DNA from: an uncultured Planctomycetaceae bacterium
GTDB taxonomy: Bacteria; Planctomycetota; Planctomycetia; Planctomycetales; Planctomycetaceae
DNA length: 64,000 nt
Assembly: GCA_963815195.1 (NCBI GenBank)
Contig: CAWFGE010000023.1
Coordinates: 576,001-640,000 of the forward strand
Reading direction: 5' to 3'
Part shown: positions 31,603 to 43,254 of the stretch, in pieces
Numbering within the stretch: the stretch's first letter is position 1
How the letters are laid out: each line of letters starts with the position of its first letter
Notes under the pieces: model-generated
What the model was told of the DNA's origin: nothing
The model's input: the letters and a program-made list of their open reading frames with translations, nothing else
Database searches by the model: none
Made by a program: the position numbers and the translations under genes

Positions 31603-33557
31603 TCAGGTGTGAAGCTCCGGGAGATCGCGGTAGAGATCGAGCGACTCCGGGTTGAGCAAAGCTTCGAAATTGGTCGCGGGGCGGCCATGGATGACATCGC
31701 GGGCGGCGAGTTCGGAAATCTTGCCGTTGACCGTTCGCGGGATGTCCGCGACGGCGATGATTTTCGCCGGTACGTGGCGGGGGGAGGCGCCGGTTCGGAT
31801 GCGTTCTTTGATCTTCGCGATGAGTTCGTCGTCGAGATTGCTCTCCGGGTTTATGCTTCACAAACAAGACGATGCGCACGTCGCCGTTCCATTCCTGACC
31901 GACCGCGAGGCTCTCCGGCTATTTCCGGCAGTTGGTCCACAATGTTGTAGATTTCGGACGTGCCAATGCGCACCCCACCCGGATTCAAGACCGTGTCGGA
32001 CCGCCCGTGGATGATGACGCCATCATGATCGGTGAGTTCGGCCCAATCTCCGTGCCACCAGACGTCCGGGAAGCGCGAAAAATAAGCATCGCGATACTTC
32101 TTTCCGCCGGGGTCGTCCCAAAATCCGACCGGCATGGAGGGAAACGGCTTCGTGCAAACCAGTTCGCCTTTCCCGGCGGGAACGGGTTGGCCTTCGGGGG
32201 AGAAGATCTCGACTGCCATTCCCAAGCCCCGGGTCTGTAATTCCCCGCGATGCACCGGCGCGATCGGGTTGCCGAGCCCAAAGCAGGAGACGATGTCCGT
32301 TCCGCCGGAGATCGAGGAGAGGCAGACGTCATGCTTGATGGAATTGTAGATGTACTCGAAACCCTCGGGCGGGAGCGGAGAGCCGGTGGAGAGGACCGTC
32401 CGCAGGCTGGACAGATTGTGTGTTTGCGCCGGCTCGACTTTGGCCTTTTCAATAACCGAAAAGTACCTGGCGCTGGCTCCGAAGGCGGTCACCTTCTCCG
32501 CTTCCGCCATATCGAAAAGCGATACCGGCAGCGGGTAGGTTGGGGAACCGTCGTAGAGAACGATCGTGGCTCTCGCCGCCAGGCCGCTCACGAGCCAGTT
32601 CCACATCATCCAGCCGCAAGTGGTGTAGTAAAAGATCCGGTCTCCGGGTTTCACATCGGTGTGCAGAAGGAGTTCCTTGAGGTGCTGGATCAGCGTCCCG
32701 CCCGCTCCATGGACAATGCACTTCGGCTTCCCGGTGGCGCCGGATGAATAAAGAATGTAGACCGGATGGTCAAAGGGCAGTTGCTCGAATCGGGGATTGC
32801 GCCCGGTGCCTTGCTCGATAGCCTGCTCCCAAAGGATCGCGCCCGCGGGCATCTCTTTCCCGCCGGTTTCATCGAGGTAGGGTACGACGACCGAGCGCTC
32901 GATCGAAGGGACTTGCTCGATCAACGCCCGGACCCGGCTTAGACAGGAGTGAACCTCGCCGTTGTACTGATAGCCGGCTGCGGCGAACAGGATTCGGGGC
33001 GCGGTTTGTCCGAACCGGCCGGCGATGGCTTGAAGGCCGAACTCCGGCGAGCAGGACGTCCAAACGGCCCCAGTACTGGCCGCCGCCAGCATCGCGACGA
33101 CTCCTTCCGGAATGTTCGGCAGGTAGCCGGCTATACGGTCGCCGGGGACAATTCCCCAGGAGCGCAGGCAGGCGGCCAGGCGCCGCACGCGCTTGAAGAG
33201 CTCCGCGTATGTCAGGGAACTCTGGCGGCCACCTTCATTCCAGAAGACGATCGCCTCGGTCTCGTCGCGGCAGCGCAAAAGGTTCTCGGCGAAATTCAGT
33301 CTGGCGCCGCTGAACCAGCCCGCCCCCGGCATCCGGTTCGGGTGCTGAAGAACTTCATCGGGGGGACGGCTGGAGACGATTCCCGAAAAACTCCAGACCA
33401 TGGGCCAAAACTGCCGCGGCTGGTCGACCGACCAGCGATACAGGGATTGGTAGTCGGCAACGGAGGGGGCGATCTGCTCGCGGACCGCCTTCAGGAAGGC
33501 CGTCATATTGGAGTCCCGGACTCGTTCCGCGGACGGCGACCAAATTGGATGGCTCAC
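31603..33557 (-). CDS. acetoacetate--CoA ligase; frameshifts near the C-terminus
   Basis: [78 protein letters not shown]. Confidence 0.92.
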
Positions 33558-34865
33558 GGCTTTCTCCCTGCTTCGAGCCAGCCGCAAAGGATCTCTATCG
33601 CCTCGAGGACGCCGCCGCAATGCAACGACAGGAAGCACTGATCCAATTCCTCTTCCGGGGGAGATGCTTCGGCGGCGCTCATAGCATGCGAGCCGGAAAA
33701 ATCGACGTAGGCGATGCGGGCGGTGAGTTCGGTTCGCGGCCGGCCGAAGTCCGACCCCGGAAGCATGGCTACACCGGCTTCTTCGAGCAGCCGGCCGCAA
33801 AGATCCTGACTGGACTGGATGCCGCGCGCCCGGAGAGCGGCGGAGTGACCGGAAAAGTCCGGGAACAAATAGAAGGCCCCTTCGGGCATATCGACATCCA
33901 CGCCGGCCGACTGCAGACGGCGGGCGCAGAGTTGGCCGATAGCCCTGAGAACGCGGCGAGCCTGCAACAGGTAACGATCGATTTCGCTCCCGCCCTGAAA
34001 GGCGCGGACGGCGGCGTACTGGATGGGAGCGCTGGTCGAAGTGAATGTCTCGCTGGCGACAACGGCCATCGATTCGAGCAGCCAGCGCAGGCCCGCCGGG
34101 AAGGTAAAGGTTCCCAGCCGCCAGCCTCCGGCCCCGCACCACTTGCTCAGGCCCCCGCTGATGATCGTGCCCTCGGGGTAATAGCGCGAGATGGAGACAT
34201 GCCCGCCCCGATGATGGAGTTCGCCGTAAATCTCGTCGGAGAGCAGGATCACCTTGTAGCGCCGGGCTACCTCGGCCAGCGACTCGAGTTCTGTCTTGCT
34301 GTAAGACAGGCCGGTGGGATTGTTCGGGTAGTTCAGGATGACGATGCGCGGGCGCTCCGGGTCGGGCCGGCACAAATGGTCCAAGTCATCGGGCATCAGC
34401 CGCCATCCATTGTTCTTGCGCGTCGGAACCCATTCCACGCGGCGGCCAATGATCTGCGCCTGCGGGGCATAGGAAACCCAGCTCGGCGTGGGGATCAGCA
34501 GGTCGCCGTAGTAGACCAGTTGCAGAAGGAACATCAGCTCCTTGGAGCCTGGACCTACCAGAACGTCATCGCCGGAGCAAGGTATCTGGTGGAGTTGCCG
34601 ATGGTAATTCGCCACGGCGTCGCGCAATGCCGGCAGCCCGCGCACCGGCAGATAATCTTTTTGAAAGGCGTTCGCTTTCAACGCCTCCACGACCGGCAGC
34701 ACGACCGGGAACGGGGACTGGCCCTAGGCCGAGTTTATAAACCGTGCGGCCTTGGGAACGCAGGCCGTTTGACTTCTCGTTGATCGCCAATGTCGCTGAC
34801 GGATGCAGTCCTCTGACGTTCAGATTCAGGTGTACGGTATGGAAGTTTTGAATGGTCGGCGGCAT
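33554..34865 (-). CDS. class I/II PLP aminotransferase; 1 frameshift
   Basis: PSATLAINE, NYPNNPTG, SDEIY, GLSKWCGAGGWRLG, GAFYLF; join near 34720; GTGA overlap with the CoA ligase. Confidence 0.9.
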
Positions 34866-34927
34866 CCGGCTCCCTCTTAGTAGTAGAGGACCATGGAGGG
34901 GAATTGTCAATGTTCCCGCCGTGGGCC

Positions 34928-35794
34928 TCAGTTCATGAAGTCACAATCGAACGAGTTGATTTTGGTCGCGATAGTGATGGGAAGATCTTCGAGTTTGTTG
35001 CGGTAGCGGTCCTGCAGTTTGCCGTGGAGGTGGCCGATGATGAGTTCCGGTTCCCACTTCGCGGGGGTATTCGCCACAGGGAAGCCCGCCATGGAGGCTG
35101 TCAGACATCCTAAATGCACCAGGGCGGTTACGTCCGGGGTTTGGGGAGCCGGGAGCCGATGATGGTTGGCGGCGGCGTCGCGGAACTCGCCGGGCAGTTC
35201 CCATTCTGTGGTCAACCATTCGCCAGCTTCGCAGTGGTCGATGCCAATCGTCTGGCGTTCCCGTTCGAGGAATTCCGCCGCGTTTGGGGTATTCCTGCTC
35301 AAGAGATCGGCGTAGGCGTCTTTGTACCTGGCGGCCATCGCCAGCAATCCAATGTCGTGCAGCAGGCCGGCTGTGTAGCCGAGGCCGCCATCGACCCAGA
35401 ATGCGCCGGCCAGGACCTCGCAGGCGAGGGCAGTCGCCAAATTATGACGCCAGGATTGCTGAATCGTCTCATGCTGGCGCTGGGAAGACAGGAACTCGCG
35501 CATTGCCAAGGTGGTGACGACCGCGCGCAGCCGGTTCATTCCGAGCACCACGATGGCGTGCGGTATGTCTTTGATCTCGTAGCGGAAACCAAAGACCGGC
35601 GAGTTGGCCAGTCGCAGCAGTTCCACGGAGAAGGCAGCGTCGGCCCGGATCAGATCGGCGCCTTCCTTGTAAGAGAAAGCGTCACCTTCCTCGGAGACCA
35701 ACTGCATGAGCCGCGTCGCAACGGGCGGGAATGGCGGCACATCTCGCAGCGCCTCCGACGGCGCCGTAAGTGTTCGCTCGGCGATCGCGCTCAC
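34928..35794 (-). CDS. stand-alone HDOD domain protein
   Basis: PPFPPVA..L, LLRLANSP.FG, AIVVLG, WRH, AGLLHDIG, DHCEAG..L...WELP, NHH. Confidence 0.9.
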   Translation of the reverse strand: MSAIAERTLTAPSEALRDVPPFPPVATRLMQLVSEEGDAFSYKEGADLIRADAAFSVELLRLANSPVFGFRYEIKDIPHAIVVLGMNRLRAVVTTLAMREFLSSQRQHETIQQSWRHNLATALACEVLAGAFWVDGGLGYTAGLLHDIGLLAMAARYKDAYADLLSRNTPNAAEFLERERQTIGIDHCEAGEWLTTEWELPGEFRDAAANHHRLPAPQTPDVTALVHLGCLTASMAGFPVANTPAKWEPELIIGHLHGKLQDRYRNKLEDLPITIATKINSFDCDFMN

Positions 35795-35818
35795 TGGTAG
35801 AACCTCACCTGCGTAAGC

Positions 35819-35845
35819 TTATCGGCGAGCGCGCCGGGAATTGTA
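35819..35845 (-). promoter_or_regulatory. putative sigma28 (FliA/SigD) promoter of the HDOD gene
   Basis: TACA-N15-GCCGATAA versus consensus TAAA-N15-GCCGATAA. Confidence 0.65.
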
Positions 35846-35881
35846 CGAAAAGTAATGGTTAAGTGTCTCGGTCGAAATCCG

Positions 35882-35933
35882 GGGCGGACGGAGCGAGCCC
35901 CACCCCTACGTAGGGGCGCTGCTCGCTGCGCCC
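35882..35933. repeat. back-to-back GTAG-type REP pair
   Basis: GGGCGGACGGAGCGAGCCCCACCCCTAC followed directly by GTAGGGGCGCTGCTCGCTGCGCCC; each arm begins GTAGGGG on its own strand and is an imperfect palindrome. Confidence 0.65.
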
Positions 35934-35976
35934 GTGTTCGGGAGTGAAACACATGCTTGCCGTCTCACCAACAGCT

Positions 35977-37216
35977 CTACCAGTCCATTACGCTGCCATC
36001 GTCCGCGTCGTAGCTTTCGGGGTTACGCCAGTCGTGGCCCATCTTGTCGGCGAGGGCGTCGTCGTCGAGCTCGATACCGAGGCCGGGCGCCGTGGGCAGG
36101 TCCAGGTAGCCGTCTTGCACCCGGAAGGGCTTCTTGAGGTAGCCCTCGCCGAGCGATGACCTGCTCCTGGCAGAGGAAGTTGGGGATCGACGGCGGCGAG
36201 CTGGACCCCGGCGGCCAGCGAGATCGGCCCGAGCGGGTTGTGCGGGGCGATGGTGGCGTAGTAGGCCTCGGCCATCCCGGCGATGAGCCGCACTTCGGTG
36301 ATGCCGCCGGCGTGGCAGAGGTCGGGCTGGAGGATCGCCGCCGCCCGCTTCTCGAGGATCTCGCGGAAGCCCCACTTGGTGAAGATCGCGCTCGCCGGTG
36401 GCGATGGGCAGATGCGTGCCGCGGGCGATATCGGCCATCACATCGACGTTCTGGCACTGGCACGGCTCCTCGATGAACATCGGGTGGTAGGGTTCCAGGG
36501 CCTTGATCAGCAGCTTCGCCAGGGCCGGACTCATGCCGCCGTGGAAGTCGATCCCGAGGTCGGCATCCTCGCCGACGAGCCTCGCGCAGCTCAGCGAACT
36601 TCTCCGCGGCGTATGCGATCGAGCCGGGGTCTCGATGTAGCGCGACGGGCGGCGCTTGGCGGGACCGGTCTTGAAAGCGGTGAAGCCCTTCTTGAGCTGC
36701 TGCTTGATCTCCTTGGCGCCGGGAGCATGGGCGTAAACGCGCACCCGGCTGCGCGTCGGGCCGCCGAGCAACTCGTAGACCGGCACGCCGAGGGCCTTGC
36801 CCTTGATGTCCCACAGCGCCTGGTCGATGCCGCTGAGAGCGCTCGTGAGCACCGGACCGCCCCGGTAGAAGGCGTGGCGGTAGATGGCCTGCCAGTGGTG
36901 GACGACGCGCCGCGGGTCCTTGCCTATGAGGTACGGCTCGATCTCTTTGACGGCGGTTTGGCAGGTGAGCGCGCGGCCTTCGACGATCGGCTCGCCGAGA
37001 CCGATGATGCCCGGCGTCGGTGTGGATCTTCAGGAAGAGCCAGCGCGGCTTGACCAGGAACGTTTCGAGCCGCGTGATCTTGAGTTTGTCCTTCGCGGCC
37101 GTGGGCGGCTCCTTGGCCCGAGCCGCGGCCTCGGCCTCGGCGTCGGAGAAAGCGCTCAAGCCGAGATCCGCGAATCGGTTGGCGCGGGCGGGACGGCGAG
37201 GTCTCTTGCCAGCCAT
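35977..37216 (-). CDS. dgoD: galactonate dehydratase (DgoD-like); about 6 frameshifts
   Basis: [82 protein letters not shown]. Confidence 0.8.
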
Positions 37217-37233
37217 GTTCTACCTCCTCGAAA

Positions 37234-37935
37234 TCAGGAACGTGCGGCCCAATGCAGGCCAATGCCGCCGAGGATAAATCCCTGGGCTTCGACCAGCGAA
37301 TAGCCACAGAGCCGCAATGTGTCGTTATACCCGTTCAACGTGACGAAGCTGGAGATGGAGTCCGGAATGTAGGTGTAGATGCGGGGGCGGCCGTGCAGCA
37401 GGAGCCCCCAGATGAAGCCTTGCGTGTAAAGATAACCGATATAGATGCGCCGGAACACCGGGTTTCCGGGCAGGAAGAAATCGAGGCTGACCAGCTTGCC
37501 CCCGGGTTTCAGCACGCGGCGCATTTCCGTTAGGGCCTCCTTGAGGTCGGGGAAATTGCGCAGGCCGTAGCCGACGAAGATCGCGTCGAACGACTCGTCG
37601 GGGAAGGGAAGCCGCATGGCGTTGGCGCAGATCGGCCGCGGCAGGCCATCCTCGCGAGCCAGGCGTAGCATGTTGAAGGTGAGGTCGGCGGAGACCGGTT
37701 GCGCGGAGGCGTCGCGCTCGAGCGCCAGTTTGGAAAAATCGCCCGTGCCGCAAGCCAGATCGAGTATTGCCGCCCCTGTTGGCAAGCCGGCCCGCTCGAC
37801 GGCGCGCCGCTTCCACCGGGGGTCCATCCCATAGGAGAAGAGCCGTGTGATCAAGTCGTAGCGCGGGGAGATGGTATGGAACATCTCCTGCATCATTGAG
37901 GAGTCTTGCTTCTCGGCTGGGAGAGAGTGCGGCAT
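37234..37935 (-). CDS. UbiE/MenG family methyltransferase
   Basis: MF.TISPRYD, LDLACGTGD, LPFPDESFD, GYGLRN, RVLKPGG, YTYIPDSI. Confidence 0.85.
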   Translation of the reverse strand: MPHSLPAEKQDSSMMQEMFHTISPRYDLITRLFSYGMDPRWKRRAVERAGLPTGAAILDLACGTGDFSKLALERDASAQPVSADLTFNMLRLAREDGLPRPICANAMRLPFPDESFDAIFVGYGLRNFPDLKEALTEMRRVLKPGGKLVSLDFFLPGNPVFRRIYIGYLYTQGFIWGLLLHGRPRIYTYIPDSISSFVTLNGYNDTLRLCGYSLVEAQGFILGGIGLHWAARS

Positions 37936-38036
37936 GCGGTGGAATTTCCCCGGTTCCTCGGGCTAACTGGAAATTGTCGCACACGCGGGGCGGACAGTTG
38001 CTTTACGCGCCGGCGCGCGAATAAGATTGGGCTGTC

Positions 38037-40006
38037 ATGAGAAAGAAACTACCGCGCTTTTTGCTGGTCCTCTGCGTCGTCGTCTGGGCCGCCGAGGCTT
38101 CCGCTCAGACTGGCTCGGTCAGCTTGGTCTCGCCGGATGAGAAGTTGGAAATTACCTTCCAGCCCGCCGGCTTGGCGCCCGCCGACGCTGGCGGACAACT
38201 CGGATATTCGGTGGCCTATGAAGGCAAGCCGGTGGTCTCGGGACAGAATCTCGGTTTGGCGGTTGAAGGCGGCCCGTTGCTGGGGTCGAACGTGCGGATC
38301 CGGTCGAGTTCCAGGGACTCCGCCGATGAGACCTACGAGATGCCGCACGGCCGGTCGAATCCGATCCGCAACCACTACAACTCCCTGCGGATGGAACTGG
38401 CGGAACCGGGTCCGCGAGGCCGCAAGCTCATCGTTGATGCTCGTGCCTACAACGACGGAGTGGCGTTCCGCTACATTGTGCCGGCGCAACCGAACATCAA
38501 GGATCCGGTCGGCTTCCGGCTGCACGGGGAATCGACGGAATTCCGGTTTGCCAAGGATTCGATTTCCTATCCCCTCTATCTCACCGGCTTTCATAGCAGC
38601 TACGAGGATGAGTACACTCGCGAAGCGATCAGCGGGATTCCGGCGGACCGGTTGATTGCCATGCCGCTGCTGGTGGAGCTTGGCGGCATCGGCGACGTGG
38701 CCATCACCGAGGCGCATCTCGAGGAATATGCCGGCGCTTATTTGAAACACTCGGACGGCAATGCTCTCCGCGTCGAGCTCTCCTCCGACGGGGGGCCGAT
38801 TGTCGAGCATGGGCTCCCGCACAGCACTCCGTGGCGCGTCATCATGGTGGCGCCCGATGTCGGCAGGCTGATCGAATCGAATATCGTGATCAACCTGAAT
38901 CCGCCGTCGGCCATCGCCGACACGTCGTGGATCAAGCCAGGCAAGAGCGTCTGGGACTGGTGGTTCGGCACGGTACACACACCCGATGGTTTCGTGACAG
39001 CGATGGATACCCGGACTTTCAAGTACCTCATCGATTTTGCCGCCGAGTCCGGCTTTCAGTACGCTCTTGTCGACGATGGCTGGTCCGAGCGGCAGAACAT
39101 TCTCGAGCCGAAGCCCGGCATCGATATTCAGGAGATCGTCGAATTCGGGAAGTCGAAAGGCATCGGCGTGTGGCTCTGGCTGCACGTCACTGGCGTGGAG
39201 CGGCACATGGAAGAGGCATTCCCTCTGTACGAGAAATGGGGTGTGGTTGGCCTCAAAATCGACTTCATGGATAGCGACAACCAGTGGATGGTGAACTGGT
39301 ACCATCGGGTGATCCAGCTCGCCGCCAAGCACCATCTGATGGTCGACTTCCATGGCGCGTACAAGCCCACCGGATTGCGCCGCACATACCCGAATCTCAT
39401 GACCCGCGAAGCCGTGATGGGACTGGAGTACACGAAGTGGAGCCGCCGGGTGGACCCGGAACACAACATGATGCTGCCATTCACCCGGATGCTCGTCGGG
39501 CCGCTCGAATACACCCCGGGCGGCTTCGGCAATGTGACTCGTGACGAGTTCACTCCGAGGTTCGACGATCCGCTCGTGCTCGGGACGCGCGCCCACCAGC
39601 TCAGCCTGTTCGTCATTTTCGAGAGCCCCTTTCTCTGCGCCGTCGATCACCCCACCGCGTACCGGGGCGCTCCCGAGTTTCAGTTCATCAAGGACGTGCC
39701 CACGACTTGGGACGAAACGCGAGTCTTGATGGCGCCGTGGGAGACTACATCACGATAGCCCGCCGCCGGGGCGCCGATTGGTTCGTCGGCGGCGCGACGG
39801 ATTGGACCAGCCGTGAACTCGACGATTCCCTTGGACTTCCTTGGCGAAGGCGCTACTCCGCCGAGATTTACGCGGACGCTCCGGAGGCTGAACGCCGAAC
39901 CGGCGAGGGTCTCTCTATCCCGGCAAGCGGTCGATCGGAGCACGGTCTTGAAGGTCAGCTCGCCTCCGGCGGCGGTCACGCGATCCGTATATCGCCGGAC
40001 AAGTAA
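38037..40006 (+). CDS. glycoside hydrolase family 97; frameshifts in the C-terminal 300 bp
   Basis: signal peptide, RAYNDGVAFRY, TPWRVI, SWIKPGK..WDWW, VDDGW, GLKIDF, DFHG.YKPTG..RTYPN, LPFTRM, TTWDET. Confidence 0.92.
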
Positions 40007-40034
40007 GGGCGACGTTGCGGGAGGAGTTCCCCAA

Positions 40035-40079
40035 CGGGCAGATCCGGTTCGGGACCAAGAACCGAACCGGAACTGCCCG
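40035..40079. other. 18-bp stem hairpin (terminator or sRNA element)
   Basis: CGGGCAGATCCGGTTCGG-9nt-CCGAACCGGAACTGCCCG, one mismatch. Confidence 0.7.
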
Positions 40080-40358
40080 CCGCCGCTCTCCTCCTCCTTG
40101 GAGCGGGCCATCGGGACGATGTTAAACCCCGGCGCGACGACTGCTATTAAGTAGCCGACGGGAGCGAATTATAACCCCCCCGAACTGGCGTCTTCGGGCC
40201 GGCTTCGGGGCGACTTTATTGAATGCTATCACTTAGTCTTTAGAGCTGATACCCGGTATTTCCCGTGAATAACAGTAAGGGACATCCCTAGCGCAATTCC
40301 GATTTCATGAAAATCCGAATGGTTTCTCTCCCCGGTCAAGGGGGTACAATCACTTCCG

Positions 40359-42598
40359 ATGGCTCAGATGCGGTTGAGAGGAAGATACCGTGAATCCAGT
40401 GATTTCGGGCGGCGCCGCCTACGTAATGTATCGATTCCCGCGGCTTGGTACCTCTTCTGACGGTCGGCGCTATCCGGCGCCGTCGCCGGTCTGGAAATCG
40501 TCTCTGGTGTGCCGTATCTTGGCGTTGCTTATATCCTGATGTTTTCCTGGGCCACTGGGCTCCGCGTCAACGGTTCAATACGGTATCGGCAAGCCTTTGC
40601 AGTGCGCTGACGCTGGTGGACCCCTCTCCTCGGGGGTGGGAGCGGATTCTCCGCGGATACGTCTAGTCCGATTGGTGCTCACATGGGCTGGCATTTGGGG
40701 CGCGTGGCTGATCTTGCTTCTGTTCCGCCGCGCGGAGATTGCCTGCCTGCGTTCCGAAGAGCTGTTTCGAATGAGCTTTCACCATGCCGCGACCGGTGCC
40801 GGGATTTCCACCTGCGACGGCCGGTTTCTTCGGGTCAATGATTCGCTCTGCCAATTCTTCGGGTATACCGAACCCGAGTTGCTGAACTTGTCCTGGGCCG
40901 ATCTGACGCATCCGGAAGATCGGGACTTGAGCGCTGCGAAACTCCGGGCGATGTTTGAGGGAGGACCCGAGTCCTTCAGCCTGGAGAAACGATACGTCCG
41001 CAAAGACGGCTCCACGGCTTGGGGCTTGGTCACGGTTGCTCTGATCCGGGATGAGCACGGCGATCCCGTCAACCGGAGTGTGCAACTCTTGGACATCACG
41101 CAGCGAAAGCGATCGGAGGAAGAGCAGCTCGCCAGTCACGAGTGGTTTCGCAGCAGCTTTCATCACGCCGGAATCGGCATGGCCATCAACTCGCTCGATG
41201 GCTATTGGCTGCAGGTCAATCCGGCCCTTTGCCGGATGCTTGGCTACTCGGAACAGGAATTGCGGGACCGCCGTTGGCAGGACATAACCCACCCCGAGGA
41301 TCTTGATATCACGGAAGGCGACCGGGCGCGGCTTCTTGGCCGGTGAGATCTTCGCTTACGACGCGGAGAAACGGTTTCTGCACAAGAACGGACGCCCTGT
41401 CTGGACCCATGTCACGGTCTCCTTCATCCGGCGTTCCGACCGCTCTCCCCAATACTTCACAGCGCAAATCGTCGACATCACTGAGCGGCGGATGGCCGAG
41501 GAAGCCCTCACGCGGGAGCGTAGGTTCGCCGACCGCATCATCGATACGCAGCCCAACCTGATCTTCGTCGGCGACGCCGGCAGCCAGAGCTTTGTCTTTG
41601 TCAATCAGCGGGTCACGGCGATTCTTGGTTACACGCCCGAGGAGTTGCTTTCGCTCGGGCAAGCCGTGGTGCTCTCAATCGCCCATCCCGATGACCGGGA
41701 GATGATCCTGGACATGCTGCGTCGGGTCAAGGCCGCGGCCGATGGCGAAATCATCGAGGCCAGTTACCGGCTGCAACATGCCGACGGAGGCTGGCGGTGG
41801 TTGACTGAACGAGCCTCCGTCTTGTCACGCAACGAGGATGGGACAGCCGATCTGACGATCGGCGCGGCCGAGGACGTGACCGTCCGGAGACGAATGGAAG
41901 AAGCGCTTAAAGAGAGTGAGGAGATCCTTCGGCGTCGCAACGATGAACTCCGCGATCTGACGGGACGTCTGCTGGCCGCCGCCGAGGAGGAGCGGGCTCG
42001 CATCGCGCTGGAGCTTCACGACGATCTGAATCAACAACTGGCCATCCTTGGCCTCGACCTGGGCCGGCTGGAACGGCAGGCTCGTGATACCCCGGCCGAG
42101 TTCGGAGACCGCGTCCAGTCCTTGCAGGACCGGGTCGGAAAACTCTCGGATGACGTCCGCGGCCTGGCTTACCGCCTCCATCCGTCGGTCCTCGATTATC
42201 TCGGCCTGGAGGCGGCCCTGGAGTCCGAGTGCGCGCAATTCTCCAGCCGCGAACGGATGCGAGCCGACTTCACGGCGGTGGACGTGCCGGAGGACGTTCC
42301 TCAGGACGTCGCGCTCTGTCTCTATCGAATCGCCCAGGAGGGCCTGCGAAACGCCGCGCGTCATGCCTCGTCTCCCCGCGCGACGGTGGCGCTAGTGGGC
42401 GATTCTTCCGGGATTCGGCTGCGCGTCAAGGACTACGGGCGCGGGTTCGATCCCAGCCTCCAGAGTGTCCATCACGGGTTGGGCATTGTTGGAATGCAGG
42501 AGCGCGCGCGGCTGGTGAGCGGGCGCCTGACGGTCGAGTCCCGACCGGGCCATGGTACGGTGGTGGAAGTTTGGGTTCCGCTATCTTCGGAGGGATAG
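40359..42598 (+). CDS. membrane multi-PAS sensor histidine kinase (HisKA_3/NarX type); frameshifts
   Basis: three PAS/PAC units (THPED, DITQRK), EEERARIALELHDDLNQ, YRIAQEGLRNAARH, DYGRGF, GLGIVGMQER; N-terminal frame uncertain. Confidence 0.85.
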
Positions 42599-42601
42599 CC
42601 G

Positions 42602-43243
42602 ATGAACAGGCCGAAAGTTTTACTTGCGGACGATCATACAATTCTGCTCGAAGGACTTAAGGGTCTGCTCGAAGACGATTTCGAGTTGGTTGGCGCCGCC
42701 GCGAACGGAAGCGAGTTGCTTGCCGCGGCGGACGAACTCGAACCCGATATCATTCTCCTCGACATCTCGATGCCCATCCTCAACGGTATCGAGGCGGCGC
42801 GGAGGCTGAAGGAGAAGAAGTCTAAGGCCAAGATCGTCTTCCTCACGATGCACGCCGATTCGAGGTTCGTGAAGGAAGCGTTTCGCGTGGGCGCGTCTGG
42901 GTATCTACTCAAGCGCGCGGCCTCGGCTGAGCTAGTAAGCGCCTTGCGGGAAGTTCTCGCCGGGCGTTATTATGTCACGCCCTTGATCACCAAGGACATC
43001 ATGCATTCTCTGCTGGACCCGGAGTTCCTCGGGGAAGACCACACCCGCCAACTCACGCCGCGACAGCGGGAGGTCCTGCAACTGGTGGCCGAAGGCAAAT
43101 CTCTCAAGGAAATCGCCACCGCCCTGAACCTTTCCACCAAAACCGTGGAATATCACAAGCGCAGCATTATGGACGAACTGGGCCTGCGCACGACGGCCGA
43201 GCTTACCCGGTACGCGATCAAACATGGCATTGTAAATCTGTAG
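42602..43243 (+). CDS. NarL/FixJ family response regulator
   Basis: LLADDH, LLDISMP, FLTMH, GYLLK, LTPRQREVLQLVAEG..KEIA..LNLS.KTVEYH. Confidence 0.95.
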   Translation: MNRPKVLLADDHTILLEGLKGLLEDDFELVGAAANGSELLAAADELEPDIILLDISMPILNGIEAARRLKEKKSKAKIVFLTMHADSRFVKEAFRVGASGYLLKRAASAELVSALREVLAGRYYVTPLITKDIMHSLLDPEFLGEDHTRQLTPRQREVLQLVAEGKSLKEIATALNLSTKTVEYHKRSIMDELGLRTTAELTRYAIKHGIVNL

Positions 43244-43254
43244 GCTCGCTGATT

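Noticed and set aside
31851..34373. 840-aa extended CoA ligase
   Set aside because: The extension is an alternative frame of the aminotransferase; the ligase starts at GTG 33557.
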